From contig NIVC01000085.1 of the NCBI GenBank assembly GCA_002269645.1, positions 806,001 to 870,000 on the forward strand: a DNA stretch of 64,000 nt, given 5' to 3'. The notes under the pieces are model-generated. The model ran no database searches and was not told the origin of the DNA. It was given only the letters and a program-made list of their open reading frames with translations. Every line of letters starts with the position of its first letter. Positions within the stretch are counted from its first letter, which is position 1. The translations under genes were made by a program, and so were the position numbers. Of the stretch, positions 22,977 through 35,274 are shown in pieces. The stretch comes from Macrostomum lignano (Eukaryota).

Positions 22977-24529
22977 TCAAGCCAGCTTAACTCCGCCACT
23001 CTTGGCCTGGTCCAGGCGATTCTCCACGTCGTCCCAGTTGATCACCTTCCAGATGCTCTTGACGTAGTCTGGGCGAACGTTCTTGTACTGCAGGTAGTAG
23101 GCGTGCTCCCACACATCTATGCCCAGCAGCGGCTCCAGGCCTGTGGTGGCCTTTAGCGGGTCCTGGAATGCAATTTCAATGAGTACAGGTGGGTCAGAAC
23201 TGGCTCTGGTGCTGACAGGTGGGTCAGGACTGGCTCTGGTGCTGACAGGTGGGTCAGGACTGGCTCTGGTGCTGTCATGATTGCTCAGGTCATGAATCAA
23301 GACATGCTAAGATGAACCCATCTCAAACTGATGGGTCAATAGCTACTCAGATAGGTCAATAGCTACTCAGATGGGTCAATAGCTACTCAGATGGGTCAAC
23401 AGCTACTCAGATGGGTCAATAGCTACTCAGATGGGTCAATAGCTACTCAGATGGGTCAATCAATAGCTACTCAGATGGGTCAATAGCTACTCAGATAGGT
23501 CAATAGCTACTCAGATGGGTCAATAGCTACTCAGATGGGTCAACAGCTACTCAGATGGGTCAATAGCTACTCAGATGGGTCAATAGCTACTCAGATGGGT
23601 CAATAGCTACTCAGATGGGTCAATAGCTACTCAGATGGGTCAATCAATAGCTACTCAGATGGGTCAATAGCTACTCAGATGGGTCAATAGCTACTCAGAT
23701 GGGTCAATAGCTACTTAGATAGGTCAATCAATAGCTACTCAGATGGGTCAATAGCTACTCAGATGGGTCAATAGCTACTCAGATAGGTCAATAGCTACTC
23801 AGATGGGTCAATAGCTACTCAGATGGGTCAATAGCTACTCAGATGGGTCAATAGCTACTCAGATAGGTCAATAGCTACTCAGATGGGTCAATAGCTACTC
23901 AGATGGGTCAATAGCTACTCAGATGGGTCAATAGCTACTCACATGGGTCAATAGCTACTCAGAAATATCAAAGGTCAGCTATAAAAGTAGACACTGACCT
24001 GGTTAGCGCAGGTGGCAATCTGCAGCCGGTCAGTCTTGAAGTTATAGCCCAGCCAGGCCCACCCGCTACCCTGAACACCCACGGCGGCGGCTGACATCTG
24101 CTCCTGGAACTTGCTGAACGAGCCGAAATCGCGATTGACCGCCTCCAACAGGAACTGGGATGGCTCGCCACCGCCCTGAGGGCTGAGGTTCTTCCAGAAG
24201 ATGCTGTGGTTCACGTGACCGCCGCCATTGAATCGCAGAGCCGCCTGGACGGCAATGATGTCGGAAGCTTTGCCAGCAGCCAGAGCGGCGGCCAGAGTCT
24301 CCTGGGCGGAGTTGAAATTGTTCACATAGGTGGCGTGGTGCTTCTGGTGGTGCAGACGCATGATATCGGCGCTGATGACCGGCTCCAGGGCGCTGTAGTC
24401 GTAGGGCAGGTCGGGCAGGACAGCCTTTACAATTGGCTGAGGAGCCTGAGCCGCACCGCTGAGCGGTTGGATGCAGAGCCGCTGGCACAGACGGACAGCA
24501 GATGGCAGCTTGGAGCCGATGCAGTGCAT
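22977..24529 (-). CDS. SOD2: Mitochondrial Mn superoxide dismutase, 2 coding exons, 238 aa
   Basis: Exons 24529-23999 and 23162-22977 join at phase 0 (ANQ|DPL). Motifs [46 protein letters not shown] and [18 protein letters not shown], with a presequence-like N-terminus. Confidence 0.97.
23185..23962. repeat. Two minisatellites filling the SOD2 intron (30 bp x3; 20-bp GATGGGTCAATAGCTACTCA x~31)
   Basis: Directly visible tandem units. Confidence 0.95.
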
Positions 24530-27445
24530 GTTGGAGCTGAAGAGCAGGTGGGTTGGGGTGAATAAATTCATTACTAATTATACACTTAATTTCAATTAAT
24601 AATTAAAATAAAAATTTTTATACAATCGAAATGTCAATAAAAATACTATAGAAGTTAAAAAATAATAGCAAAACCATATATAATAATTAGGACTCACAAA
24701 ACTGAAGCTGCTTTTATAACTTATGTCATTGTGTCTTATAATTTCTAAGAAATAGCTTTTCATAGAACTAAATCAGGGTATAAATAATAATGATTTAATT
24801 CACTTTATCTAATTCAAAACCTACCTAAAAGATTATATCTGAACTATTAAGATTTAGTTACATATATATAATATAAGATTTTTGGCTAAAAATAGAACTA
24901 TTTCTTGAATATAAAAATCCATCATTTTTCTTTTTAATTCAATATATCATTGAAATTTCTTCCTTTATTTTAGGTACCTACAAATTTTTTATATGCTGAA
25001 AAATAGGATATATTAGATATATAGATGAATATTTTTATATAGCAAAATTTATGATACATTTTCAATTATAGCAGCTAATAAAAAAGATAAGAAATAAATA
25101 AATAAATAAGAAACCAATAGGTTAATCTCTAGACATGATAGAAAAGTATTTAAATCATAGGAATTTGGGATCCTAGGATTCTGACTTCAATTCAATATTG
25201 TGCAAATGCCAAAAATCATTTAACTTGGTATGTTTTTATAGACCTAAAAATAGCCTATAACTATATGAAACAAGTTTAATACACTTTTAACAAAAATAAA
25301 CTTGACTTTTTCAATAACAAAAATTCCACCTTGGCCTAGGGTAGAATATGAGGGCAAATCAAAAAGTCCTGTTACTTTCTTAACTAGGCCTAGAAACAAA
25401 ACAAACAATGATTAACTGTTAATCATTTTACACTTTCTCAACAAAGTTCCCATGCAGTGACACACACTTGGCCTAGCACTCTGGTAGCTTCTGAATGCCC
25501 ATAGTGTACCAGTCTTTACCCTGGTTTTTGCATCACTGGTTTACCAAGGATGCTAATGGCAATGCAGTCATAGAAGCCTAATGGTGGCCTTAAAGTGAGT
25601 TTTTTAGAACTAAGAATAGCCAAAAGTCTGATAGAGCTAGGTTTGGTAAATGAGCAGGGTAAGGGAGCTGCTTAAACCCTAGCTTGTAGATGGCAGCCTG
25701 CGTCTTGTGATAGGTATATGCCGAGGTGTTGTCACATACTTATATATGCTTAACACCTATCCAACCCATCCAAACTAGATAGGTAAAATGGCCACTGGCC
25801 AAAGTAAGTTGCAAAATTGAAAATGCAATAAGTGAAAAATTGGGAAAAGAAAGGAGAAGAGAAAAGGAAAAGAAAGAAGGGAAAAAGAGAGGAAAAATGA
25901 AAGAAAAAAAGAAAAGAAAAGAAAAAAAGGCAAAAAAGTCATAGGCCTATATAATATAAAAATTAAGTCGCAATTAGGGGAACTAAGTTGCAATTAGGAA
26001 GAACTAAGTTGCAATTGGGAGAAACTAAGTCACAAATCTAGACAAAACTAAGTTGCACTTGCACCAGATGGGTGAAATTTTGGGGTTGGGCATATATATA
26101 TTGTCATAAAACAACTGGATGCCCCTGGTGACCTTTCCTTGTCTCTTCTCCTTGATTGCTTCTTTTAGCTAGCATAATATAGCAATGTAGGAGTCTCCTG
26201 TGACTATCCACTTCTCTGATAGCCACTTGATTAGCATCACCCCTTGCTGAACCCAGAAGATGGTGCCCATCCACTTCTTCATTTATGGTACCATACTAGC
26301 CTTCATTGGAATAGGTTCATTGAGGCACTTCCATTGTATATTTTGAGCTTTGGTCTTTGGCTCATCTGGCCCTAGCTAGGCCTATATATTTTCAACATAA
26401 AAAGTTATAAGGCTTACACATTGAACAAGTGCTTTGAAACCATACATAAGAAAAAATGGTCTATGAAAATTGTCTTAATAGATTAGATTGTTTTAGGGCC
26501 TAACGTTAAAGCTTCTATGTCATCTATGATATTGATTTTTGGAAACATTGTTTTTGCTGATCTGACCATGTTTAGGCCCTATTCTTGGCCAAATTTTGTT
26601 TGGCACCTCAACTTAAGAATTAAGACTCAAAAATAGCAATGTTGCATCATATATAAGTCTAATTAGTATAGCCTATAGGGCCTACTAGAGTTTGATGAAA
26701 TTTTAAATCTAACTTTTTTATTTAAGCCTAACTCACAGTCCCACATAGCAACATGCAAACAAGATAGCCATAGATAATTCAAGCCTATCGCATAGGCTTA
26801 TGCATGGTACAATTGAATAGGCAGGCCTACAAAACTCAAAACTGAGGTTGACAATGTATCAAAATAACTTCTCCAGGACAACACTTGTGTCACTTTTCAG
26901 TGGAAGCGTAATAATAAATTGAAATAAAACTATTTTCATGTTATAAAATTTAATTAATCTACGAGCGTATTATGCATCTAAAATTTAACCTTATCTGTAC
27001 TCTGTATTCTGGGATTGGATAATTTGCTAAAAATAAATTAAAAATAGCCGGTTAAATTTGTGAAGAAAACAATGCGTCATTATAACAAAACTGATTCTAT
27101 GCAAATAGATATATATGTGTACTTTATAAGTTTTTTATATAATTTTTATTTTCAAAAATTAAAATATAGCTAGCAATTCAGCTTTATGTACAGTAATAAT
27201 CAATGTTAATATTTTCGCGAAAATAAGTTCGGTATAATAATCAATATTTAATAGATAGTCACTAAATTGCATAGTATATGAGGCAGTCGCATATATCACA
27301 ATATGTATAGCGCTCATAGAAACACATGCATTTGTGATTACTGTATCGAATCTGTACATGCATATTAAATCTACATGTACATGTATAGCTGTAATGCATA
27401 TAGTGATCTCGAATTAAAAGTGCATTGGTTGGCATGTACACAAGC

Positions 27446-27739
27446 CAGGGCACCGGCCAGGGGACGGGGGTCATGAGACCGAATGAATTCAGAAAAAGCT
27501 TTGGGGAACATGCCAATGCCTTATCCCCACCCGGGCCTATAACTTAATTATTGACCCGTAATGAAAATCAATTAATGTTGCTTCCAGGGGGGTGCCAAAA
27601 TATAGGCTCGCACCTTTTCACCAAAATGAGTGCCTGCGGCGCCAAAATGAGTGGCCGTGGCGCCAAAATGAGAGCAGCTGTCTCCCCCTTTGGTTTTGTC
27701 CCCCCCCCCAACCATAAAATGCATGGCGACACAGCCCTG
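27446..27739. mobile_element. Short MITE-like element carrying a few GGCGCCAAAATGAG units
   Basis: CAGGGC...GCCCTG ends. Its 3' end (CCCCCC-ACCATAAAATGCATGGCGAC-AGCCCTG) closely resembles 56724-56759. No clear TSD. Confidence 0.45.
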
Positions 27740-27764
27740 CATGTACACATGTCACGGATAATAA

Positions 27765-30684
27765 CCCAGTGAAAAAAATGATATGGATTCCATGTGGATT
27801 TTTCATATGAAATCCATATGTGCATTTGTCTCCGTCCATCCATGTGGAATCAAGATATGGATTCCACATGGAAGATCCATATGGAAGTAATTATGTATTT
27901 CACATAGAATCCACATTGTCATTGAATAAGCAGCCATTATACTGGTTGCCATAATAAATTGTTGCATCCTAAATCTCAAAATAATACCAGATCTCAAAAT
28001 TTCATACGAACCCCAGATCTCAATACCATATAAAAGAAACTGAAACACAGATAAAACACTAGCTATAGCCAAAAATATTTCTGCACAAAAATTCAAAATT
28101 CAAAATTCAATATTCAAAAACGATGTAAGGTGTATTTATGTACAGTAGTGAGTCACTGGCACACAAAGAATAAACACACTGATGTAAATATTGATATCTT
28201 TAGAGTTGCACTGTGCATATGATATAATATATAATTTGAAATTGACATTGTCAATAGCATTAATTAACAATAATATAATGCATCAGAATTAGAACAGTCA
28301 GAAACATGCTGCTGCCAATTGCCAGAATGCTGCTTCTTCAGGTCAGGTGAGCAACCTTAGAAAAGAAAGGGGTTAAATTACAGAATTTTATAACAGATTG
28401 ATGACAGATTTTGTAATAGATTTTGATAGATTTTGATGACAGAGAAAAATAAGTTTATAACTAAAACTTACCATTGCTTCACAAAAGGTAGCATTTGAGA
28501 TATTAAATTCAAATTCCAAGTAGCTTTGCAAGCTTCTTCAAATGCAAGACCAAGGTGACATCCAAGTTTGAGGATGGGTCATGTAATGTTAGGCATGCAA
28601 TAAATAGAAAAATAATTGTTGCCAATTAAGATTGATAAATAATATTGATATAATTCATAAAACTAATTTAATGATGAATACTTATAAAATAAAATAAAGT
28701 TTATTTTAAAATTAACTAGGCCTAAGTCCTAGGTTTATTTTTTAAGCGCAAAGTGTGCATATGCACCCTAAATTTAAAAATTGCACCTTGAAAATTGAAA
28801 TTAAAAAGTTGATGATACAGTTTAGGTGTGATCTCATTACCTATTTTTCTGTTGAAGCCTTTTTTGCACTGCCTTTATATAAGAAAAAAGAGAAACTGCA
28901 TTTTAAGCCTTAAAATCATAAAACCCTAAAAGTGAGCATAGGGTATGATTTTGCACCTTGTCTCTAGCAAAAAAGAAAACCCTACCCAAGTCAATCAATA
29001 AAATTAAATTAATAAAATTAAAATAATAAGTACAAAAAAATAATATATGTTTCTATAAATTTAATTTTTTATTTTAAAATTGATTTTAGACTATAAAGTA
29101 TTTAGGCAAAGCAATGCATGTTTTTTTATATTTGCGGGCCTATTATGATTAAAAGGGGGGCTGTAGCCAAGCGGTAGCACAGCTGCTCTGGTATGCCAGC
29201 GACCTAGGCTCAATTCTAAGTGCAGTCACATTAATTTGGGGCTGAATTGGAATCTTGGCTTGGCTCTCTGCTTGTGCAATTAATGGCCTTGAGAGCCAAC
29301 CCCCAAGGCACAGTGAAGTATACATGCCTAACAATAAATAAAGTTAGGGCCACTGTACACCCCTATGTAAATGTGCCTGCATACGTATCCGCACGCTTGT
29401 GTGCCTGCTCAAGGGAGTTAATGGAATGGGCAGCAATGCCTCTCGCCAGTTGTATGCCTATGTCGCTTAACGTGTGCCAGGGTGCACACAACCCTCTGCC
29501 TCTAATAAAAAAAATAGTATGATTAAACATTAGGCCTAATCTTAAAAGCTATGCCCTATAGCTATTAAATTCTAGACTTGGCCTAAATCAGATCAAATTT
29601 ACAATAATCATTATTTATTTATAATAGCAACCTTAGGGATCTGCTAGGCTAGCTATGCCAAAAACAGGTTGCAAGTGTAATTGCAAAGAATTATTTATAA
29701 TGATTAATAATATTGTTTTTAAAAATGCAACAAGTCTAAAAGACGCTAACAGGCTTTTTTGAAGAAAATCATAAATGAATAGATTTTTAACAGATTAACT
29801 AGATTGACTAGTCACAATTCACAAAGTCAAGCTAGTCTTAACCTTAATTAAAATAGAAGGACCTAAATTGATAGTTATAGGCCTAGGCCTAGCTTAAAAT
29901 AGGCCTAATAAGCATACATAAATAGATAAGACTAATAGGTAGGACTAAGAGGAAATTATGAACTTCTAAAGGACTATTTAAGTTTAAAAAATGAGTAGCC
30001 AATCTATGGACATGGCCATGGGATTCCTAGAAATTGGATAAGCCTAAATAAATTTATCATGGATGGATTTTACCAAAAGTATTAGGCCTATCTATGATGA
30101 AATACTGATTTATCTAATTTCTAATCCCATGGAGGCCATGGCCTTATAAGTTATTGCCTATAGGCTACGTCTACTAAAATTTTTAAGGTGCTTAAATAGC
30201 CATAAACAAGGCAATTTATCTTTCAAGGCCTTGAACCAAGACATTGACGAATATAAAATAAAATAAATTTAATTTTAAAAAGCACGAAACGTTTTTTATT
30301 GTTCACTTCTATTTTGTCTATTTTAACAAACAGTATCTTATTTTCTGATTATAATTTAGCTTTAAGATATTAATTTTTACTTAAAAGCATATAAATATAA
30401 TAATTAATTATAGTAATTTCATAAAAACGTCTTAATGTGGTGTATCACAGTTTTTTTATCGAAGTGGATTCCATGTTGAATCAATATACGCTTATTTCTC
30501 ATGAATTCCTTGTAAAATCCACATCAACATTAGGACAGTAAAAATTAAAAAATAGTGCATAAAAAATACTTTGCATACCATTATGTCATCTTTAAGTCAT
30601 TAATTTGCAAAAATTAAAGAAACATTTAAATTCCACATGGCCACGTGGAACCCACGTGGAATCCATGAATCATTTTTCACTGGG
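27765..30684. mobile_element. 2.9-kb non-autonomous TIR element, CCCAG...CTGGG termini, possible 2-bp AA TSD (CMC/EnSpm-like)
   Basis: Left CCCAGTGAAAAAAATGATATGGATTCCATGTGG versus right (reverse complement) CCCAGTGAAAAATGATTCATGGATTCCACGTGG. AA on both flanks; subterminal TGGATTCCA repeats. Confidence 0.75.
29156..29230 (+). mobile_element. tRNA-derived SINE-like head / tRNA pseudogene
   Basis: GGGGGCTGTAGCCAAGCGGTAGCAC...GACCTAGGCTCAATTC: good A-box (TAGCCAAGCGG) and degenerate B-box. Confidence 0.4.
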
Positions 30685-31730
30685 AAGCAGTTGGATTCGG
30701 TGCCTTAAATAAGTTTAAACTTGGCCCCGTGTACACAATGTGTACAGCTGGTGTCTTGTCCCAAACTTCTCTCTATCCCAAGAATTAGTTGGCCGAAATG
30801 AAAGAAAAAATGAGAAAAAGTTGAACTACATGTAGGATGTGCCGCATATAGCTACTGCGAAACAGCAAATACTGAATGCTAAATCTAGCTACTGTAAGAA
30901 CAGTTCCTTACTACGTGTGCATGTGTGGCTCTTAAGGGCAGGGGTCGGAATTGTTTTACTTTAAGGGTCAGATAATTAAAGAATCCAGAGTGAATACGAT
31001 AGGGAATAGGAAATGAGAGAGAATAGAAGAGAAGAGGATGCGAGAATATAATGAGTGAATGAGAAAATACGAGCGTAGATAAGAGGAGAGGGGAGAGATA
31101 GGGGGAAGAGGAGAGAAGAGGAAAGAGGGGAGAAGAGAGTTGAGAAGACACAAACCTTGAGCAGACTCCGGAGTTCGCCCCGACCCCTGCTCTAGGGAGT
31201 CTGTAGACTCTGAGGGCCCCCAGCAAATGAATGACATGATTAAATTCTTTAAGCGAATTGCAGTTTGCGTGCGAAAGCTGGCATGCCCCATTCCCCACTC
31301 CAGACTAATTCTCGAATCGTCAACAGTCTCACACAACACTGACAGCGGTAACTCCCAACCTGTGTCTAGCAATCCCCTTAATATTTGATAACTGATTGGA
31401 CGCTAATTACAGCGCGTAAAACGGTGCAGAGGTCTCTAGGAGCAGACACTCCTCAATGTCATGCGTCATCCCCATCGAAGGGGGCGGAGCTGCGACTCCC
31501 TGGACCGGATTGGGCAATGGTTATACGTAACTCTCAGCCTCGAATTGACGAGATTGCGAAGTTTTGCGCGAATGGCTTTCACGCGATCGGGAGGTCAAGC
31601 ACGCGACATCCCCCAGAAATATATATATCATAAATTATAAGGATGCTGGACCCCATCAGTCCGGCCCTTGTTCCCGAGATTAATTCAGCTCTCACTTTTA
31701 AAAGTCAATTGACACACGACAGTAGCAGAA

Positions 31731-33290
31731 ATGCAGAGCGATTTGAAAGTGGGCAGCAGTTGTCCAAGTTGCTGCAATGCTCAAGCTCATTGTCCTGAAG
31801 CCAGTTTTGGTAATTTCGCGGCATCGCCAAAGAGCCTGCAGTGGCAGCCAAATCTGACGGCCAAACCCGAATGCCAGGGGAATTCTGCGAATTTGACTCT
31901 GACTTCTGAGCCGCTGGATTTCTCCAGGTGAGATTTGCAATGACCTTCACTGTATCTGTGAGACTTTTCGGGAATTTTCCTACCGTTGTGGGGGAATCAT
32001 TGTGGAGGCAAGGGAATTTTCCTACCGATTGGGGGTATCATTGTGGAGGCAAGGGAATTTTCCTACCGATTGAGGGGAATCATTGTGGAGGCGAGGGAAT
32101 TTTCCTACTGATTGAGGGGTATCATTGTGGAGGCGAGGAAATTTTCCTACTGATTGGGAGGGGGAATCATTGTGGAGGCGAGGGAATTTTCCTACTGATT
32201 GGGAGGGGGAATCATTGCGGAGGCGAGGGAATTTTCCTACCGATTGAGAGGGGGAATCATTGCGGAGGCGAGGGAATTTTCCTACCAATTGAGAGGGGGA
32301 ATCATTGCGGAGGCGAGGGAATTTTCCTACCGATTGAGAGGGGGAATCATTGCGGAGGCGAGGGAATTTTCCTACCGATTGAGAGGGGGAATCATTGCGG
32401 AGACAGGGAACTTTTCTGCCGTTGGGGCCGAAACCATTGCGGAGGCGAGGGAATTTTCCTACCGTTGTGGGGGAATCATTGTGGAAGCAAGGGAATTTTC
32501 CTACCGATTGAGGGGAATCATTGTGGAGGCGAGGGAATTTTCCTACTGATTGAGGGGAATCATTGTGGAGGCGAGGGAATTTTCCTACTGATTGAGGGGA
32601 ATCATTGTGGAGGCGAGGGAATTTTCCTACTGATTGAGGGGTATCATTGTGGAGGCGAGGAAATTTTCCTACTGATTGGGAGGGGGAATCATTGCGGAGG
32701 CGAGGGAATTTTCCTACCGATTGAGAGGGGGAATCATTGCGGAGGTGAGGGAATTTTCTTACCGTTTGAGAGGGGGAATCATTGCGGAGGCGAGGGAATT
32801 TTCCTACCGATTGAGAGGGGGAATCATTGCGGAGACAGGGAACTTTTCTGCCGTTGGGGCCGAAACCATTGCGGAGGCGAGGGAATTTTCCTACCGATTG
32901 GGAGGGGGAATCATTGCGGAGACGCGAATCCTTTAAACATCCGTCTTCTCATGCTCTCAGCAGGCAGCCACCTGTCTCGCTCACCTCTGCAATCAACCGC
33001 GAGTCAAGCAGCCGACCGGCCACAAAGAAGCAGACGAGCTGCTCGAAGCAGCGACAGCAGCAACCAGACCGAGTCCGTCGACGCCACGCCGCCAACGATC
33101 GGAGCGACGTCGGATGAACGCTTTGAACGCGGCGTTCGACCAGCTCAGAGCGGCGATTCCGGCCGCTGAGGGTGATGAGGCGGCAGCGCTGCTCGGAGGC
33201 TGCGGCGGTCACGGCAGACGGCTGAGCAAATTTGAGACTCTGCTGATGGCGCAGGCCTACATTGAGATGCTGACTGGCTTGCTGGGCTAA
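31731..33290 (+). CDS. Atonal-family (ATOH1/ATOH7/amos-like) bHLH transcription factor, 2 exons, one 1-nt frameshift at ~33102
   Basis: Exon 31731-31927 (AG|GTGAGA) joins exon 32961-33290 in frame. RRRHAANDR[ERRRM][15 protein letters not shown]...[21 protein letters not shown] requires one missing G (CGGAG instead of CGGGAG). AATAAA at 33344. Exon 1 and the start codon are less certain than the bHLH. Confidence 0.82.
31960..32922. repeat. ~42-45-bp minisatellite filling the atonal-like intron
   Basis: GGGAATTTTCCTACCGATTGAGAGGGGGAATCATTGCGGAGGCGA-type units; explains the 413-aa ORF. Confidence 0.93.
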
Positions 33291-33403
33291 ATGAGCCTTG
33301 CTTAACCTGCGACTGTGCGCTCAGCTTGTGTTGAATCCTATTGAATAAAATCCACTGCTTTTCTGAACTTCTATTTTCATTTCATCTGGAATGAAGGGAT
33401 CGA

Positions 33404-33560
<157 letters not shown>

Positions 33561-34111
33561 TTCCTGGGGACATGGTAGATTTTGATGCAAAATACCTGCC
33601 TTTCTACTACAAGTAGACTAACGAAACTATTACAAGAAAAAAGCAAGAAAAATATTCACCATGACCGTAAAACGCATGTAAACAGTCAGAATGAAAAGCA
33701 AGGCAGGGAGGCATTATGAAATCTTTTATAGGGCGCAGGCTCTGCATGCATGGTGTATTCGCTGCTGACTGCTGCTGCTGCTGCTGGTATCCAAAGTGCT
33801 GTTGAACTGATGCTGCAGCACAGCGAGGCGGCTGTTACCTACAGTATAAAAGATCGAAAAACACAGATTAAACAGGTTTAACCCCCCCCCAATGTACATG
33901 TTAGGGCAAGCAAAAGGTAATTAATAATTTTACAACTGCAAACTGGCGACATCGCACATATTTGCTGTGCGAGTGTGCAGTGTTGATCAGGTTCTCTCTT
34001 GTTCGAGCTAATGATGTGGCTCGCCGGGGCCGCTGCCCCCCCATTCACTAGGCTGGTGAATTTTATGGGCACATTTTTGCCCAGCTGATTTAGCGCCCTT
34101 TACGGCAGCTG

Positions 34112-34862
34112 TGGCGCCCCTGGTGCTGGCGCCCCTGGTGCTGGCGCCCCTGGTGCTGGCGCCCCTGGTGCTGGCGCCCCTGGTGCTGGCGCCCCTGGTG
34201 CTGGCGCCCCTGGTGCTGGCGCCCCTGGTGCTGGCGCCCCTGGTGCTGGCGCCCCTGGTGCTGGCGCCCCTGGTGCTGGCGCCCCTGGTGCTGGCGCCCC
34301 TGGTGCTGGCGCCCCTGGTGCTGGCGCCCCTGGTGCTGGCGCCCCTGGTGCTGGCGCCCCTGGTGCTGGCGCCCCTGGTGCTGGCGCCCCTGGTGCTGGC
34401 GCCCCTGGTGCTAAAGCCCCTGGTGCTAAAACCCCTGTTCCTGGCGCCCCTGGTGCTAAAACACCTGGTGCTAAAACCCCTGGTGCTAAAACCCCTGGTG
34501 CTAAAACCCCTGGTGCTAAAACCCCTGGTGCTAAAACCCCTGGTGCTAAAGCCCCTGGTGCTAAAGCCCCTGGTGCTAAAACCCCTGTTCCTGGCGCCCC
34601 TGGTGCTAAAACACCTGGTGCTAAAACCCCTGGTGCTAAAACCCCTGGTGCTAAAACCCCTGGTGCTAAAACCCCTGGTGCTAAAACCCCTGGTGCTAAA
34701 GCCCCTGGTGCTAAAGCCCCTGGTGCTAAAGCCCCTGGTGCTAAAACCCCTGGTGCTAAAGCCCCTGGTGCTAAAACCCCTGGTGCTAAAGCCCCTGGTG
34801 CTAAAACCCCTGGTGCTAAAGCCCCTGGTGCTAAAACCCCTGGTGCTAAAACACCTGGTGCT
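34112..34862. repeat. 15-bp minisatellite, two domains (CTGGCGCCCCTGGTG then CTAAAACCCCTGGTG)
   Basis: Unit switches near 34410; a 150-bp higher-order duplication occurs at 34411 and 34561. Confidence 0.96.
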
Positions 34863-35274
34863 CCTAACGATGGCAACCCTAATTACGAGCCTGCGGCCCT
34901 GCAGTTTAGCTGCATGCGCAGCAATTCATGTACACGCAGGATATTATTGTACGCGCAAATTTTCCACAGTCTGCTACTTCCGTAACTTCAGTCGCTTTTC
35001 AAATAGAAAATACGCTGGTCTGTTTCGCAGTCTCGGGAAGTTCGCTTTTGTAAAGAACTTTTTTCCGCTCGCTCCGGGAAAAAGCCTTATTAGGGAAGAG
35101 GATCAGAAACTTGGTGTTTTTCGTTTAAAACTAAATGTAGCTTAGAAGCCGCGACCAAGGACTTCTGGTTGTAGCGGTAGACATGGTTTTGAAACCAATT
35201 AAAAAGTTTGACTTTCTAGACATTCAGCAAGTTTCAAAAGTGTTTTCAATTTTTACTTCAGGTTACAGGATGAG

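Noticed and set aside
34100-35145. Elastin-like PGAPA and LAPLV long ORFs
   Set aside because: Open in several frames only because the 15-bp unit lacks stops; no unique coding flanks.
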